Source: an uncultured Acidobacteriota bacterium
Lineage (GTDB): Bacteria > Acidobacteriota > Thermoanaerobaculia > UBA5066 > Gp7-AA6
Direction: 5' to 3'
Length of the DNA: 64,000 nucleotides
NCBI GenBank assembly: GCA_963764715.1
Contig: CAVXTP010000009.1
Location: 32,001 to 96,000 of the forward strand
Shown here: positions 42,321 to 51,757 of the stretch, one piece after another
How positions within the stretch are numbered: the first letter of the stretch is position 1
Layout of the letters: each line of letters opens with the position of its first letter
Program-made: the position numbers and the translations under genes
Notes under the pieces: generated by a model
Told to the model about the DNA's origin: nothing
What the model saw: only the letters and a program-made list of their open reading frames with translations
Database searches by the model: none

Positions 42321-43835
42321 TTACGTCGAGCGGGATCGGCTCCGGGCCCGGGAGCCCGTCCGGCGCAGGATCGCGCCGAGACGCGTCGCGCCGTCGAGAA
42401 TCTCCGCCCGCGTCGAGCCTCCGTAGCCCAGGACGACCCCTCGCTTCGCCGGCGTCTCGAGCGCGCAGGACGACAGCGGGAGCACCTTGATCCCCTCGCG
42501 CGCCGCGGTCAGGCCGATCTCCCGGTCCGGGGTCCCCGGAGGCAGCATCGCCGTCAGGAACATTCCGGCCGCGTCGCCGACCACCTTCAGGCGGGACGAG
42601 CGCTCGCGCGCCAGCGCCGCGACGAGCGTCTCCCGGCGCTCCCCGCAGAGCAGGCGCATCCGCCGGACGTGCCGCGCGAAGTGCCCTTCCCGGATGAAGT
42701 CCGTGAGGACGGCCTGGAAGAAAGGAGGCGTGAACATGTCCATGACGCGGCGCACGGCCGCGAAGGCCGGGACCAGGTCCGGAGGGATGACGACGTACGC
42801 GATGCGCATCGCCGGGAAGAGGATCTTCGTGAACGTTCCGATGTAGATGACGCGGGAATCGCGGTCGAGGCCCTGGAGGGAGGTGATGGGAGCGCTGCCG
42901 AACCGGTACTCGCTGTCGTAGTCGTCCTCGACGATCCAGGCGCCCGTGCCCTGGGCCCAGTCGAGCAGGCGCAGCCGCCGCGAGGCGCTCATCGTCACGC
43001 CCATCGGGAACTGGTGCGAGGGGGTCACGAAGGCCGCGCGGGCCCGTGGGGCGCGCGCGATGCCCTCCGACACGACGAGGCCTTCCGCGTCGACCGGGAC
43101 CGGGACCATGCGGGCCCCGGAGAGGCGCAGCGCCCTCTGGATTCCGAAGTAGCCCGGCTCTTCCAGCCAGACGGGGCTGCCTTCGTCCACGAGGACCCGG
43201 GCGGTCAGCTCGATTCCCGCCTGCGAGCCGCCCACGATCATGATCTGCGACGCCTCGCAGCGCACGCCCCGCGCGGTTCGCAGGTACTCGGCCACCGCCT
43301 CCCGGAGGGGCTCGTGGCCCATGGCTTTCCGGTAGCGCAGCAGCGCGCGGTCGCCGACGCGCGCATGGCGGGCGACGAGGCGCGACCACACGTCCAGCGG
43401 GAAATCGTCGACGGGCGGCTGGCCCACGCCGAACGCCGAGTGTCCCTGGAACCAGGGCTCGACCTCCGGCCGGAGCGCGGCCGCATGGCGCGCCACCAGC
43501 CGGGGCGCGGAGCGGGCGGGGGGCCGGTGGGGACGGCCTCCCGCGCGGGGGATCGCGAGCTCGTCCGGGACGGCCCGCGCGACGAACGTGCCCGATCCCA
43601 CGCGGCTCTCGAAATACCCCTCCGCGAGCAGCTGCTCGAAGGCGTTCAGGACGGGGATGCGCGAGATCCGGAGCTCGGATGCGAGCTGGCGCGTCGAGGG
43701 CAGGCGCTGCCCCGCGCGGAGCTGCCGGGCGACGATCGCATCCCGGTAGCCTTCGTAGATCTGCCGGTGCAGGGGCCGGCCCTCGTCGCGCGCGACGGCG
43801 ATCGCCGGGAGGATCACGGCCGGGGCTCGCTTCAC
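42321..43835 (-). CDS. MocR/PdxR-family GntR regulator with a PLP aminotransferase-like domain
   Basis: wHTH LPSTRQLA...QLLAEGY, TPSHQFPMG, EDDYDSEYR and GTFTK. Confidence 0.93.
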   Translation of the reverse strand: MKRAPAVILPAIAVARDEGRPLHRQIYEGYRDAIVARQLRAGQRLPSTRQLASELRISRIPVLNAFEQLLAEGYFESRVGSGTFVARAVPDELAIPRAGGRPHRPPARSAPRLVARHAAALRPEVEPWFQGHSAFGVGQPPVDDFPLDVWSRLVARHARVGDRALLRYRKAMGHEPLREAVAEYLRTARGVRCEASQIMIVGGSQAGIELTARVLVDEGSPVWLEEPGYFGIQRALRLSGARMVPVPVDAEGLVVSEGIARAPRARAAFVTPSHQFPMGVTMSASRRLRLLDWAQGTGAWIVEDDYDSEYRFGSAPITSLQGLDRDSRVIYIGTFTKILFPAMRIAYVVIPPDLVPAFAAVRRVMDMFTPPFFQAVLTDFIREGHFARHVRRMRLLCGERRETLVAALARERSSRLKVVGDAAGMFLTAMLPPGTPDREIGLTAAREGIKVLPLSSCALETPAKRGVVLGYGGSTRAEILDGATRLGAILRRTGSRARSRSRST

Positions 43836-43848
43836 GGGCCCAAGATAG

Positions 43849-43896
43849 TGGTCATACGCGGTCCCCGGCAAGTGGCTATTGCGGCAGACCGCTTTC
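43849..43896. promoter_or_regulatory. Putative MocR operator 1
   Basis: TGGTCATA-N13-AAGTGGCTATTG-N6-ACCGCTTTC. The same layout recurs at 45193. Confidence 0.65.
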
Positions 43897-43970
43897 TGCG
43901 GCGAGACTGCTCGAGCCGGGGGCGGACGCCGTTCCCAGTGACGGGCGGACTTGTCTATGGAGGTGTACGG

Positions 43971-44747
43971 ATGACACGCGATCTGTGGCTGGCCGCGGTC
44001 TGCGTTTTCGCGGCGTCGCAAGCGGCGGGGGAGGATCCGGCGGGCGCGGGGGGACTCCCGGCGGCCCCGGATGGGGTCGTCGTCGTCGAGCTCTTCACCT
44101 CCCAGGGCTGCTCGAGCTGCCCGCCGGCCGACCGGCTGCTGCGGGAGCTCGGCGAGCGGGGAGCGGGAAAGCTCGTGCCGCTCGCCTACCACGTGGACTT
44201 CTGGAACCACGTCGGCTGGACCGATCCGTTCTCGAGCGCCGACTGGACGAAGCGGCAGGAGGCCTACGCGCGGCGGCTGCATCTCGGCAGCGTCTACACG
44301 CCGCAGGCCGTCGTCGACGGCGCCGCGGAGTTCGTCGGGTCCGACGCCTCGGCGCTCCAGGCCGCGATCGCGGCCGCGGCGGCAAAGCCGGCCGCGTCGA
44401 TCGCGCTGCGGCTCGAGCCGCGCGACGCGAAGGTCCTGGTCGAGGCGGCGGTGGAGCTTCCCGAGACGCTCCGCGACCGGAAGTGGGACCTCATGGTGGC
44501 GCTTTACGAGACGGGGCTCTCGACGGCCGTCGGGCGCGGCGAGAACGGCGGACGAACGCTCCGCAACGACTACGTCGTCCGGAGCCTCCAGCGCGCGGGC
44601 CGCGTGAAGGACTCGTCGAAGGAGGAGGCGACGGTGAAGCTCGAGGCCGGCTGGAACCGGGCCAACCTCGGCGTCGCGGCGTTCCTCCAGGACCCCGGCA
44701 CGCTCGAGATCCGCGGAGCGAGCGCCCGCGCTCTTCCGGCGCCATGA
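43971..44747 (+). CDS. DUF1223 thioredoxin-like secreted protein
   Basis: VELFTSQGCSSCPPAD, HVDFW, YTPQ and GENGGRTL. Confidence 0.92.
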   Translation: MTRDLWLAAVCVFAASQAAGEDPAGAGGLPAAPDGVVVVELFTSQGCSSCPPADRLLRELGERGAGKLVPLAYHVDFWNHVGWTDPFSSADWTKRQEAYARRLHLGSVYTPQAVVDGAAEFVGSDASALQAAIAAAAAKPAASIALRLEPRDAKVLVEAAVELPETLRDRKWDLMVALYETGLSTAVGRGENGGRTLRNDYVVRSLQRAGRVKDSSKEEATVKLEAGWNRANLGVAAFLQDPGTLEIRGASARALPAP

Positions 44748-45211
44748 AGACCGCGCGCGCTCTCCTCTACGGCACGGTCGCCGTCGCCGTGATCGAGTCG
44801 ACGGAGGTGATGATCTTCTGGGGGCTGCGCGGGGTTTCGCCGGGTCAGATTCTCCAGTACATCGCGAGCGGCCTGCTCGGCCGGGCCGCGTTCGACGGAG
44901 GTTTCGCGACGACGTTCCTCGGCGCCGCGCTCCACTTCTTCAACTCCTTCGTGATCTTCGCGCTCTACCTCGCGGCGAGCCGGCGGTTCGCCGTCCTCCT
45001 GCGGCATCCGGTCGTGTGCGGCCTGCTCTACGGCGCCGGAGTCCATCTCTTCATGGCCTACGTCGTCATCCCGCTCTCGGCCGCCCGGAAGGGGCCCTTC
45101 AATCCGTGGCTGTTCCTTCACGGTCTCGTCAGCCAGGCGGTCGTCGTGGGACTCCCGTGCGCGTTCGTTTCCCGCGCGGCGGCCCGGGATAATGGTCATA
45201 GCGAACGATGA
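44744..45211 (+). CDS. Four-TM membrane protein (DUF1440-like)
   Basis: ILQYIASGLLG, LHFF and GLLYG hydrophobic segments. ATGA-coupled. Confidence 0.8.
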   Translation: MKTARALLYGTVAVAVIESTEVMIFWGLRGVSPGQILQYIASGLLGRAAFDGGFATTFLGAALHFFNSFVIFALYLAASRRFAVLLRHPVVCGLLYGAGVHLFMAYVVIPLSAARKGPFNPWLFLHGLVSQAVVVGLPCAFVSRAAARDNGHSER

Positions 45212-45240
45212 AAAAGTGGTTATTGGCGTAAACCGCTTTC
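45193..45240. promoter_or_regulatory. Putative MocR operator 2
   Basis: TGGTCATA-N13-AAGTGGTTATTG-N6-ACCGCTTTC. Confidence 0.65.
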
Positions 45241-45258
45241 CGAGCGATCCTGCCGGAC

Positions 45259-46029
45259 ATGCGCTCGCTCCGGAGGGAATCGCGGTGGACGGGGGCCGCC
45301 CCGGCGCCGTCGCCCGCTGCGCGCCTTTCCCCGGCCGGCAGCGAGCCTGAGCCCGCGGGCCAGGACGTCCTGCGGCGCGCCGAGGCGCTCGGGATCCCCT
45401 GGCAGCGCATCGTGGCCGACGAGATCCTCGCGGAGCAGACGCTGCGCCGGCTTGCCCCGGACGTTTCCGCCGGGCTTCCGTTGACCGCCGCCGCGTCGGC
45501 GCTGCCCCTGTCGTTTCTGCGATCCTGGCGCGTGCGCGACCGGATCCACAACCTGTCCTGCGAAGCCCGCACCGCCTGCAGTCCCGCCGCCATCCGGGAG
45601 CTGCGGATCGTCTCGCGGAGGCTCATCGGGGCGCGGGAGCGCGAGGGGCAGACCCTCGCCACGCATCTCTGGTTCGCCTACCAGCGCGTGCTTCTTCTCG
45701 GCCGGGTCTGCCGCGCGGCGGCCCGCAGCCGCGGAACGACGGCCGAGCGGATCGCCGGGGTTTGCGCCGCCGCGCGCTGCGGCTTCGACGACGCGGCCTG
45801 GGCGGTCTGCCTCGAGGAGAGCCCGAAGGCCGGGCATCGTCTCGACGCGGCCGTGCGCAAGGTCCGCGAAGAGGGTTTCCTGATCCCGCGCGAGCCGACC
45901 GAGGCCCGGTCCTTCGCCGCGCTCCGCAACGCCGTCCGCCGCTCGCCCCATGTGGCGGGACGGAGGCGGCGGTCGGGCCGGCCGTCGGTCGGCGCGCCGC
46001 CCCGCGTCCCGGTCCCGCCCGGCGCCTGA
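45259..46029 (+). CDS. Hypothetical protein
   Basis: 256-aa ORF with protein-like composition filling the gap. No recognised motif. Confidence 0.55.
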   Translation: MRSLRRESRWTGAAPAPSPAARLSPAGSEPEPAGQDVLRRAEALGIPWQRIVADEILAEQTLRRLAPDVSAGLPLTAAASALPLSFLRSWRVRDRIHNLSCEARTACSPAAIRELRIVSRRLIGAREREGQTLATHLWFAYQRVLLLGRVCRAAARSRGTTAERIAGVCAAARCGFDDAAWAVCLEESPKAGHRLDAAVRKVREEGFLIPREPTEARSFAALRNAVRRSPHVAGRRRRSGRPSVGAPPRVPVPPGA

Positions 46030-46173
46030 GCGACCGCCCTCGTCCCGCGCGATCCGATCTCTCCGATTCTCCTCCGACATGCTGAACTTCTTGGCTTCGT
46101 TAATGGAAATCGTCGGCTCCGCAAGCGCCTCGTGCGGCGGGTGTTCCCTCGATTCTGGGGAGATTCGTGCCCG

Positions 46174-46189
46174 TGGCAGTCGCATTGCT
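46174..46189 (+). promoter_or_regulatory. Putative sigma54 promoter
   Basis: TGGCAGTCGCATTGCT, 48 nt upstream of the TonB receptor ATG. Confidence 0.65.
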
Positions 46190-46237
46190 CCCGGACGGGC
46201 CCGCGACGCCCGGTGGTCGGGCGCGAAGGAGGACACG

Positions 46238-49200
46238 ATGGAATCGAGAAGTTTCGTGAGGCTCGGGAGGATGGCGCGGGCGGTCCTCGCGGCCGTTCTC
46301 GTCGGGTTGGTTTTTCAGCCGGCCGGTCTCCACGCCCAGACGACCGGAACGGTGGAGGGGACGGTCGCCGATCAGAGCAACTCGCCTCTGCCCGGCGTGA
46401 CCGTCGAGCTCACGAGCCCCAATCTGCAGGGGACCCGGACCGCGGTCACGGCCGCGGACGGCCGTTATCGCTTCCCGTCGGTCCCACCGGGCGCGTACAC
46501 GGTCACCGCGGAGCTCTCGGGTTTCGGCAAGGTGCAGCGGAAAGCGACGGTGACGCTCGACGCGACGGCGACCGTCAACCTGTCGCTGTCGCTCTCGACG
46601 TCGGCCGAAATCACCGTCACCGGCGAGGCGCCGATGGTCGACTCGACGTCGACGACCCAGGGCTCCAACTACTCGGCGAAGGTCATCGACAAACTGCCGG
46701 TCGGACGCAACTACGCGGACATCGTGTTCACGCAGCCGGGCGTCCAGGCGGACTTCGGCGAGACGATGGGCCGCTCCATGGCGATCTCGATCTACGGGTC
46801 GACGTCGTCGGAGAACCTGTTCCTGATCGACGGCGTCAACACGACGAACGTCATCAAGGGCATGCAGGGCAAGGACCTCAACACCGAGTTCATCCAGGAA
46901 GTCGAAGTGAAGACGGGCGGCTACCAGGCCGAGTACGGCCGCAACACGGGGGGCGTCGTCAACGTCATCACGAAGTCGGGCGGCAACGAGTTCCACGGCG
47001 GCATCTTCGGCTACTACAACGACACGGGCATGCGCGCCGACCAGAAGAACGGCGAGATCCCCAACTTCGCCTCGCCGGACTTCTCGGAGACGGGGGACGC
47101 GCAGTTCCAGAACAACGTTTTCGAGAAGGACGTTCGTCAGGAGTGGGGCGCCGACCTCGGCGGCTTCATCCTGAAGGACAAGGTCTGGTTCTTCGGCGCG
47201 TACAACCGCGTCCAGGTCAACCAGAACCTCCAGATGCTCGACCTGACCAACACGGACACGTTCGGCAACCTCTATCCCGAAAGCTTCGTCCAGAACAAGT
47301 ACTCGGGCAAGCTGACCTTCAACATCATGCAGGGCACCTCGATCATCGGCAGCGTCTTCTCGGACTCGCAGACGCAGGAAGGCGCCATCGCGATCCCGAC
47401 GGGCCTCTCGCCGTTCCAGTACAACGGCCGCCGCGACACGGGCGGACCGGACTACGGGGCGCGTTTGAACCAGCTCTTCGGCTCGTTCGGCATCTTCACG
47501 TTCCAGTACGCCCAGCACTCCGATCGGTTCGCGACGAAGCCCTTCGGCGCCGACGTTCCCTCGATCCGCGACTACACGCTCGATCCGAACGGCGTGCAGT
47601 TCCAGACGACGGGCGGGTTCGGCAACGTCTTCGGGCCGACGCTGAACAACAACTCGAAGCGCGAGCTCTACGGCGGCTCCTTCACGGCCTACGCCGGGAA
47701 CCACGAGATCAAGCTCGGCGGCGACTACCAGAACGACTCGACCTCGGGCGCGACGTACTTCACGGGCGGCCAGCGCCTGCGCATCCGTCCCTGCCTCCAG
47801 ACGGGCTCGAGCATTTGCGACCTGTCGGTGGCGCCGTTCTACACGAACTCGGCGGGGCAGACGCAGCAGGTCTTCTACCAGCACGACCTGCTGGCGGACG
47901 GCACCGCCAACGACTTCTCGATCATCGACGCGTCGCCCTTCAGCACCCCCACGAAGCGCTACAGCGGCTTCATCCAGGACCAGTGGCGGATCATCCCGAC
48001 CCTGACCCTGAACGTCGGCGTCCGCTACGACACGGAGTCGTTCTACGGCTTCTCGCCGGATCCCGCGATCGGCGAGTTCAAGGCCTTCTCGATGAGCAAC
48101 GAGTGGTCGCCGCGCATCGGCGTGGTGTGGGATTTCACGGGCGACGGCACCTCGAAGCTGTACGCTTCGGCCGGCCGCTTCTACTTCTCGCTCCCGACCG
48201 ACCTGAACGTCCGCGTGTTCACGGCCAACTCCGCGGTGACGAGCTTCAACTACAGCCCGACCTCGATCGATCAGGCCTCCAACGCGCCGCGCAATCTCCT
48301 GTTCCAGGGCGGCAGCGCCTCCGGTGAGCCGGTGGATGGCTGGACGGACGGCCAGCTCAACGGGACGCCCCGCACCAAGGCCTCCTACCAGGACGAGCTG
48401 ACCATCGGCGTCGAGAAGGCTCTCGACCCGACGCTGTCGGTCGGCCTGAAGGGCACCTACCGCACGCTCGGCCGCACGGTCGAAGACCGCTGCGACCTCG
48501 ACGGCAACGTGGCTCCTTCGACGTGCGCTCTCTTCAACCCGGGCAGCGACGGCCAGGCGGCCTCGGGGTTCTTCCCGACGTGCAACGGCTCGGCGAACCC
48601 GACCGACCCGACGGCCGGCGAGTGCTCCGCGACGGGCTTTGCGACCGGCGACGCCAAGCGCATCTTCCGGGGCATCGAGGCCACGGCCCGCAAACAGTTC
48701 ACCAACCAGTTCTGGGCCCAGATGTCCTTCCTGTACTCGTCGTTGAAGGGCAATTACTCCGGCGCCATCCGCGAGGCCTCGGGCCAGACGGACCCCGGCA
48801 TCAACGCCGACTACGACTACTACCAGTTCACGTTCAACTCGTACGGCAACCTCGAGCTCGACCGGCCGATCCAGGCCCGCATCGACACGGTCTACAACGC
48901 GCCGTTCGGCCTCTCGGCGGGCGCCCAGTTCTACGTCCGCTCGGGACTTCCGGTCTCGCGCTTCGGCTTCTTCAACAACTTCTACCCGGACCTGCTGTAC
49001 CTCGACACGCGCGGAACGAACACGCACGCGTTCTTCGTCGACAACCGGACCCCGACGGACTACGACCTGAACCTCTCTCTCGGTTACAACATCAACGTCG
49101 GCCCGGTGACGATCACGCCGCAGGCGTACCTGTACAACGTGATCAACCGTCAGACGGCCACCAGCTACGACGCGACGTTCAACCCCGGCGGAAGCTTCGT

Positions 49201-49366
49201 GACGGACACGACGAGCCCCTTCTACGGCCAGGCCGGTCTGGCGCCTGGAGAGGGAACCTGCCCGGCGGCCGCCACGGCGCCCTGCCCGGACAACATCGAC
49301 TACCTGAAGGTCAACGCGCGCAACAACCCGCGGCTTCTCCGCGTGGCGCTCAAGGTCACCTTCTAG
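46238..49366 (+). CDS. TonB-dependent receptor, Oar/carboxypeptidase-regulatory-domain type
   Basis: AGGAGG RBS, signal peptide, PLPGVTV, TGGYQAEYGRNTGGVVNVITKSGGN, FIQDQW and C-terminal Phe. Confidence 0.95.
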   Translation: MESRSFVRLGRMARAVLAAVLVGLVFQPAGLHAQTTGTVEGTVADQSNSPLPGVTVELTSPNLQGTRTAVTAADGRYRFPSVPPGAYTVTAELSGFGKVQRKATVTLDATATVNLSLSLSTSAEITVTGEAPMVDSTSTTQGSNYSAKVIDKLPVGRNYADIVFTQPGVQADFGETMGRSMAISIYGSTSSENLFLIDGVNTTNVIKGMQGKDLNTEFIQEVEVKTGGYQAEYGRNTGGVVNVITKSGGNEFHGGIFGYYNDTGMRADQKNGEIPNFASPDFSETGDAQFQNNVFEKDVRQEWGADLGGFILKDKVWFFGAYNRVQVNQNLQMLDLTNTDTFGNLYPESFVQNKYSGKLTFNIMQGTSIIGSVFSDSQTQEGAIAIPTGLSPFQYNGRRDTGGPDYGARLNQLFGSFGIFTFQYAQHSDRFATKPFGADVPSIRDYTLDPNGVQFQTTGGFGNVFGPTLNNNSKRELYGGSFTAYAGNHEIKLGGDYQNDSTSGATYFTGGQRLRIRPCLQTGSSICDLSVAPFYTNSAGQTQQVFYQHDLLADGTANDFSIIDASPFSTPTKRYSGFIQDQWRIIPTLTLNVGVRYDTESFYGFSPDPAIGEFKAFSMSNEWSPRIGVVWDFTGDGTSKLYASAGRFYFSLPTDLNVRVFTANSAVTSFNYSPTSIDQASNAPRNLLFQGGSASGEPVDGWTDGQLNGTPRTKASYQDELTIGVEKALDPTLSVGLKGTYRTLGRTVEDRCDLDGNVAPSTCALFNPGSDGQAASGFFPTCNGSANPTDPTAGECSATGFATGDAKRIFRGIEATARKQFTNQFWAQMSFLYSSLKGNYSGAIREASGQTDPGINADYDYYQFTFNSYGNLELDRPIQARIDTVYNAPFGLSAGAQFYVRSGLPVSRFGFFNNFYPDLLYLDTRGTNTHAFFVDNRTPTDYDLNLSLGYNINVGPVTITPQAYLYNVINRQTATSYDATFNPGGSFVTDTTSPFYGQAGLAPGEGTCPAAATAPCPDNIDYLKVNARNNPRLLRVALKVTF

Positions 49367-49389
49367 GTCTTCCTCCCCGCTTCTCATCT

Positions 49390-49415
49390 GGGGCGGCTTC
49401 GGCCGCCCCTTTTTT
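49390..49415 (+). terminator. Rho-independent terminator
   Basis: GGGGCGGC-TTCG-GCCGCCCC-TTTTTT. Confidence 0.92.
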
Positions 49416-49439
49416 GCGCGATTCCCGAATAATGCCGGC

Positions 49440-50286
49440 ATGGCGAGACCGCGAGCGATCGTCCCTCCCGGCCCGGGCGAGCGCGATACGGTCGTCGGCG
49501 GCCGTTCGCTGGCGCTCGCGCGAGGTCGACGGAGTCGGCGACCCGGTCCTCTTCGTTCACGGCCTCCTCGCGTCCTCCGCGACCTGGCAGGCCGTGCTCG
49601 CGCCGGCCGCCGCCGGCCGGCCCGCGATCGCGGTCGACCTTCCGGGATCCGGCTTTTCGGACCGGCCCTGGCCCTACGACTATTCGGTCGCCGGCGAAAG
49701 CCGGGACCTCGCCGCCTACCTCGAGGCGCGCGGGATCGCGCGGGCCTCGATCGTCGGCAACTCGCTCGGCGGCGCCGCCTCGATGGCCCTCGCTTCCGAA
49801 CGCCCCGACCTCGTCGCGTCGCTCGTGCTCGTCGATGCCGCGACCCCGGAGGCGAGGATCCCGTGGACGATCCGGGCGCTGCGGACGCGGGGAATCGGCG
49901 AGGCGGCGCTCGCGATGGCGACCCGGCCCGTCGTCTCCTACGGTCTGCGCCATCGCCTCTACGCGAACGGCCGGCGCGTCACCGACGACGTGATCGACGA
50001 CGCGTGGAGGCCGCTCGGCATTCCGGGCACGCGCCGGGCGGCGCTCGCGGCGATCCGGTCGGACCCGCGCGAGTACGTCGGCATCGAGGCCGGGATCCGC
50101 GCGCCGACGCTGATCGTGTGGGGCGCCGGGGATCGGCTGCTGCGGCGCCGCGAGGGCGAGCGGCTCGCCTCCCGGATCGCCGGCGCCCGGCTGGAGCTCA
50201 TCCCGGACGCGGGCCACCTGCCGCAGCGGGAAAGGTCCGAGGAGTTCGTCGCCGTGGTCGCGCGGTTCCTGGCCGCAGGCGGCTGA
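49440..50286 (+). CDS. Alpha/beta hydrolase (probable frameshift near 49502; in-frame alternative start at 49432)
   Basis: FVHGL, DLPGSG, GNSLGG, WGAGD and AGHLP. Confidence 0.88.
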
Positions 50287-50290
50287 CCCG

Positions 50291-50857
50291 TCAGTTCCCG
50301 CAGCGCGCGGCCACCCGCGCCGTGATCACGCGCGGGTCCGGGGGCGTTTCGCCGAGGCCCAGTGTGTGGAGCGCCTCGTGGATGAGGGTGTTCGCCGTCA
50401 GTCCCGCGTTTCGCCGTTCCTGCGCGAGAAACTGGTCCCAGCAGACGTGCACGGCGCGGCTGCCCGGCGAGGTCCAGGCGAGCGTCGAGCGGGGCCCGCA
50501 GGCCTCCGTCGGCCGGCCGTCGTAGAAGAGGACGAGCGAAAGGTAGGAAGCGGCGGTGTGGCCGAGCGCCTCGACGTTCCGGTCGAGGCGGCGCCCGCGC
50601 ATGTCCTCGAAGTCCGTGAGCACCTCGGCGCAGCGGCTGTCCGAGAGCCGGCGGCGAGCCTCTTCGAGCGACGGGCGGAACTCTCCGGGGAGGCGGCGGT
50701 CGATGAAGAACGTCAGCGCCGCCGGGAATGCCGCGGGCTGAACGGAGAGAGGGCCCGCCTCGTTCTCGAAGGCCGACGCGGGCCCGCTCGCGAGGATTGC
50801 CGCGGCGACGATCGACCACCGCAACGCGGCGACTCGTCTCCGGGGCGGCCTCTCCAT
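50291..50857 (-). CDS. Secreted HExxH zinc-metallopeptidase-like protein
   Basis: Signal peptide (ASA-F), LIHEALHTLGLGE and four Cys. Confidence 0.7.
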   Translation of the reverse strand: MERPPRRRVAALRWSIVAAAILASGPASAFENEAGPLSVQPAAFPAALTFFIDRRLPGEFRPSLEEARRRLSDSRCAEVLTDFEDMRGRRLDRNVEALGHTAASYLSLVLFYDGRPTEACGPRSTLAWTSPGSRAVHVCWDQFLAQERRNAGLTANTLIHEALHTLGLGETPPDPRVITARVAARCGN

Positions 50858-50997
50858 CGCGCCTCTCCCGCGGGGGAGAACGCGGCCCCGGGAATTCCCG
50901 GAGCGTCCCCTCCGCTATGGGAGACGGTCGCGCAGCGGAACCTCCGAGGTCTTGAGAGCGTCATTGAAATGTGCTGACTTTTTTGTGAGTGCCAAAC

Positions 50998-51631
50998 ATG
51001 CGCATCCAGATCGGGGAATGCACTTTTGACTCGCTTCGCCGCGAGGTCCATCGCGGCGGCGCGCCCGTCCACCTGTCGCCGAAGGCCTTCGAGCTCCTCG
51101 GCGTCCTGCTCGAGCGCCGGCCGCGCGCGCTGTCGAAGGACGAGCTGTTCCAGCGGCTCTGGCCGGACAGCTTCGTGACGGAGGCGAGCCTCGCCGGGCT
51201 CGTCGCCGAGATCCGGCGCGAGATCGGCGACGACGCGCGCGACCCGCGGTACCTGCGCACCGTGCACGGTTACGGATACGCGTTTTCCGCGGACGGGACA
51301 CGCGCGGCGGACGACGAGGGCGTCTATCGTCTCATCTGGGGCGTGCGCGAGGTCCCGCTGGCGGGCGGGGAGAACGTGCTCGGCCGCGAGCCCGGCGCCG
51401 CCGTCTCGATCGACGACGCGACCGTGTCGCGCCACCACGCGCGGATCCTGATCGACCGGGGCCGGGCCGTCATCGAGGACCTCGGTAGCAAGAACGGCAC
51501 CTGGCTGCGCGGCGCCCGCATCGCCGCGTCGGAGGCCCTCGTCGGACGGCGACCAGATCCGCATCGGCTCCGTGCCCATGACGTTTCGCTGTTTCGCCGC
51601 GGAGCGGCCGACCGAAACTCACCGTTCCTAG
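50998..51631 (+). CDS. OmpR/CadC-type winged-helix plus FHA domain transcription factor (frameshift near 51545)
   Basis: LSPKAFELL...LWPD...RTVHGYGY, then FHA GR...SRHHA...DLGSKNGT. Confidence 0.88.
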
Positions 51632-51757
51632 GCCGACCGCCGGCCCGTCCCCCGAAAACGCCGCTCCGGCAGCGCCAGGGACCCGCTCGTCATCCTGAAA
51701 AGAACCTTGCCGGAGGACGAACGTAGTCTTGGTGTTGGCTCTCGCCACTGGAGCCGA

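Noticed and set aside
46100-49441. Very long antisense or alternative-frame ORFs (e.g. 46100..49441 -, 54146..57316 -, 38287..40746 -, 25983..28043 -)
   Set aside because: They are shadow frames of well-identified genes in GC-rich DNA, with no motifs and often Arg/Gly/Pro-rich composition.
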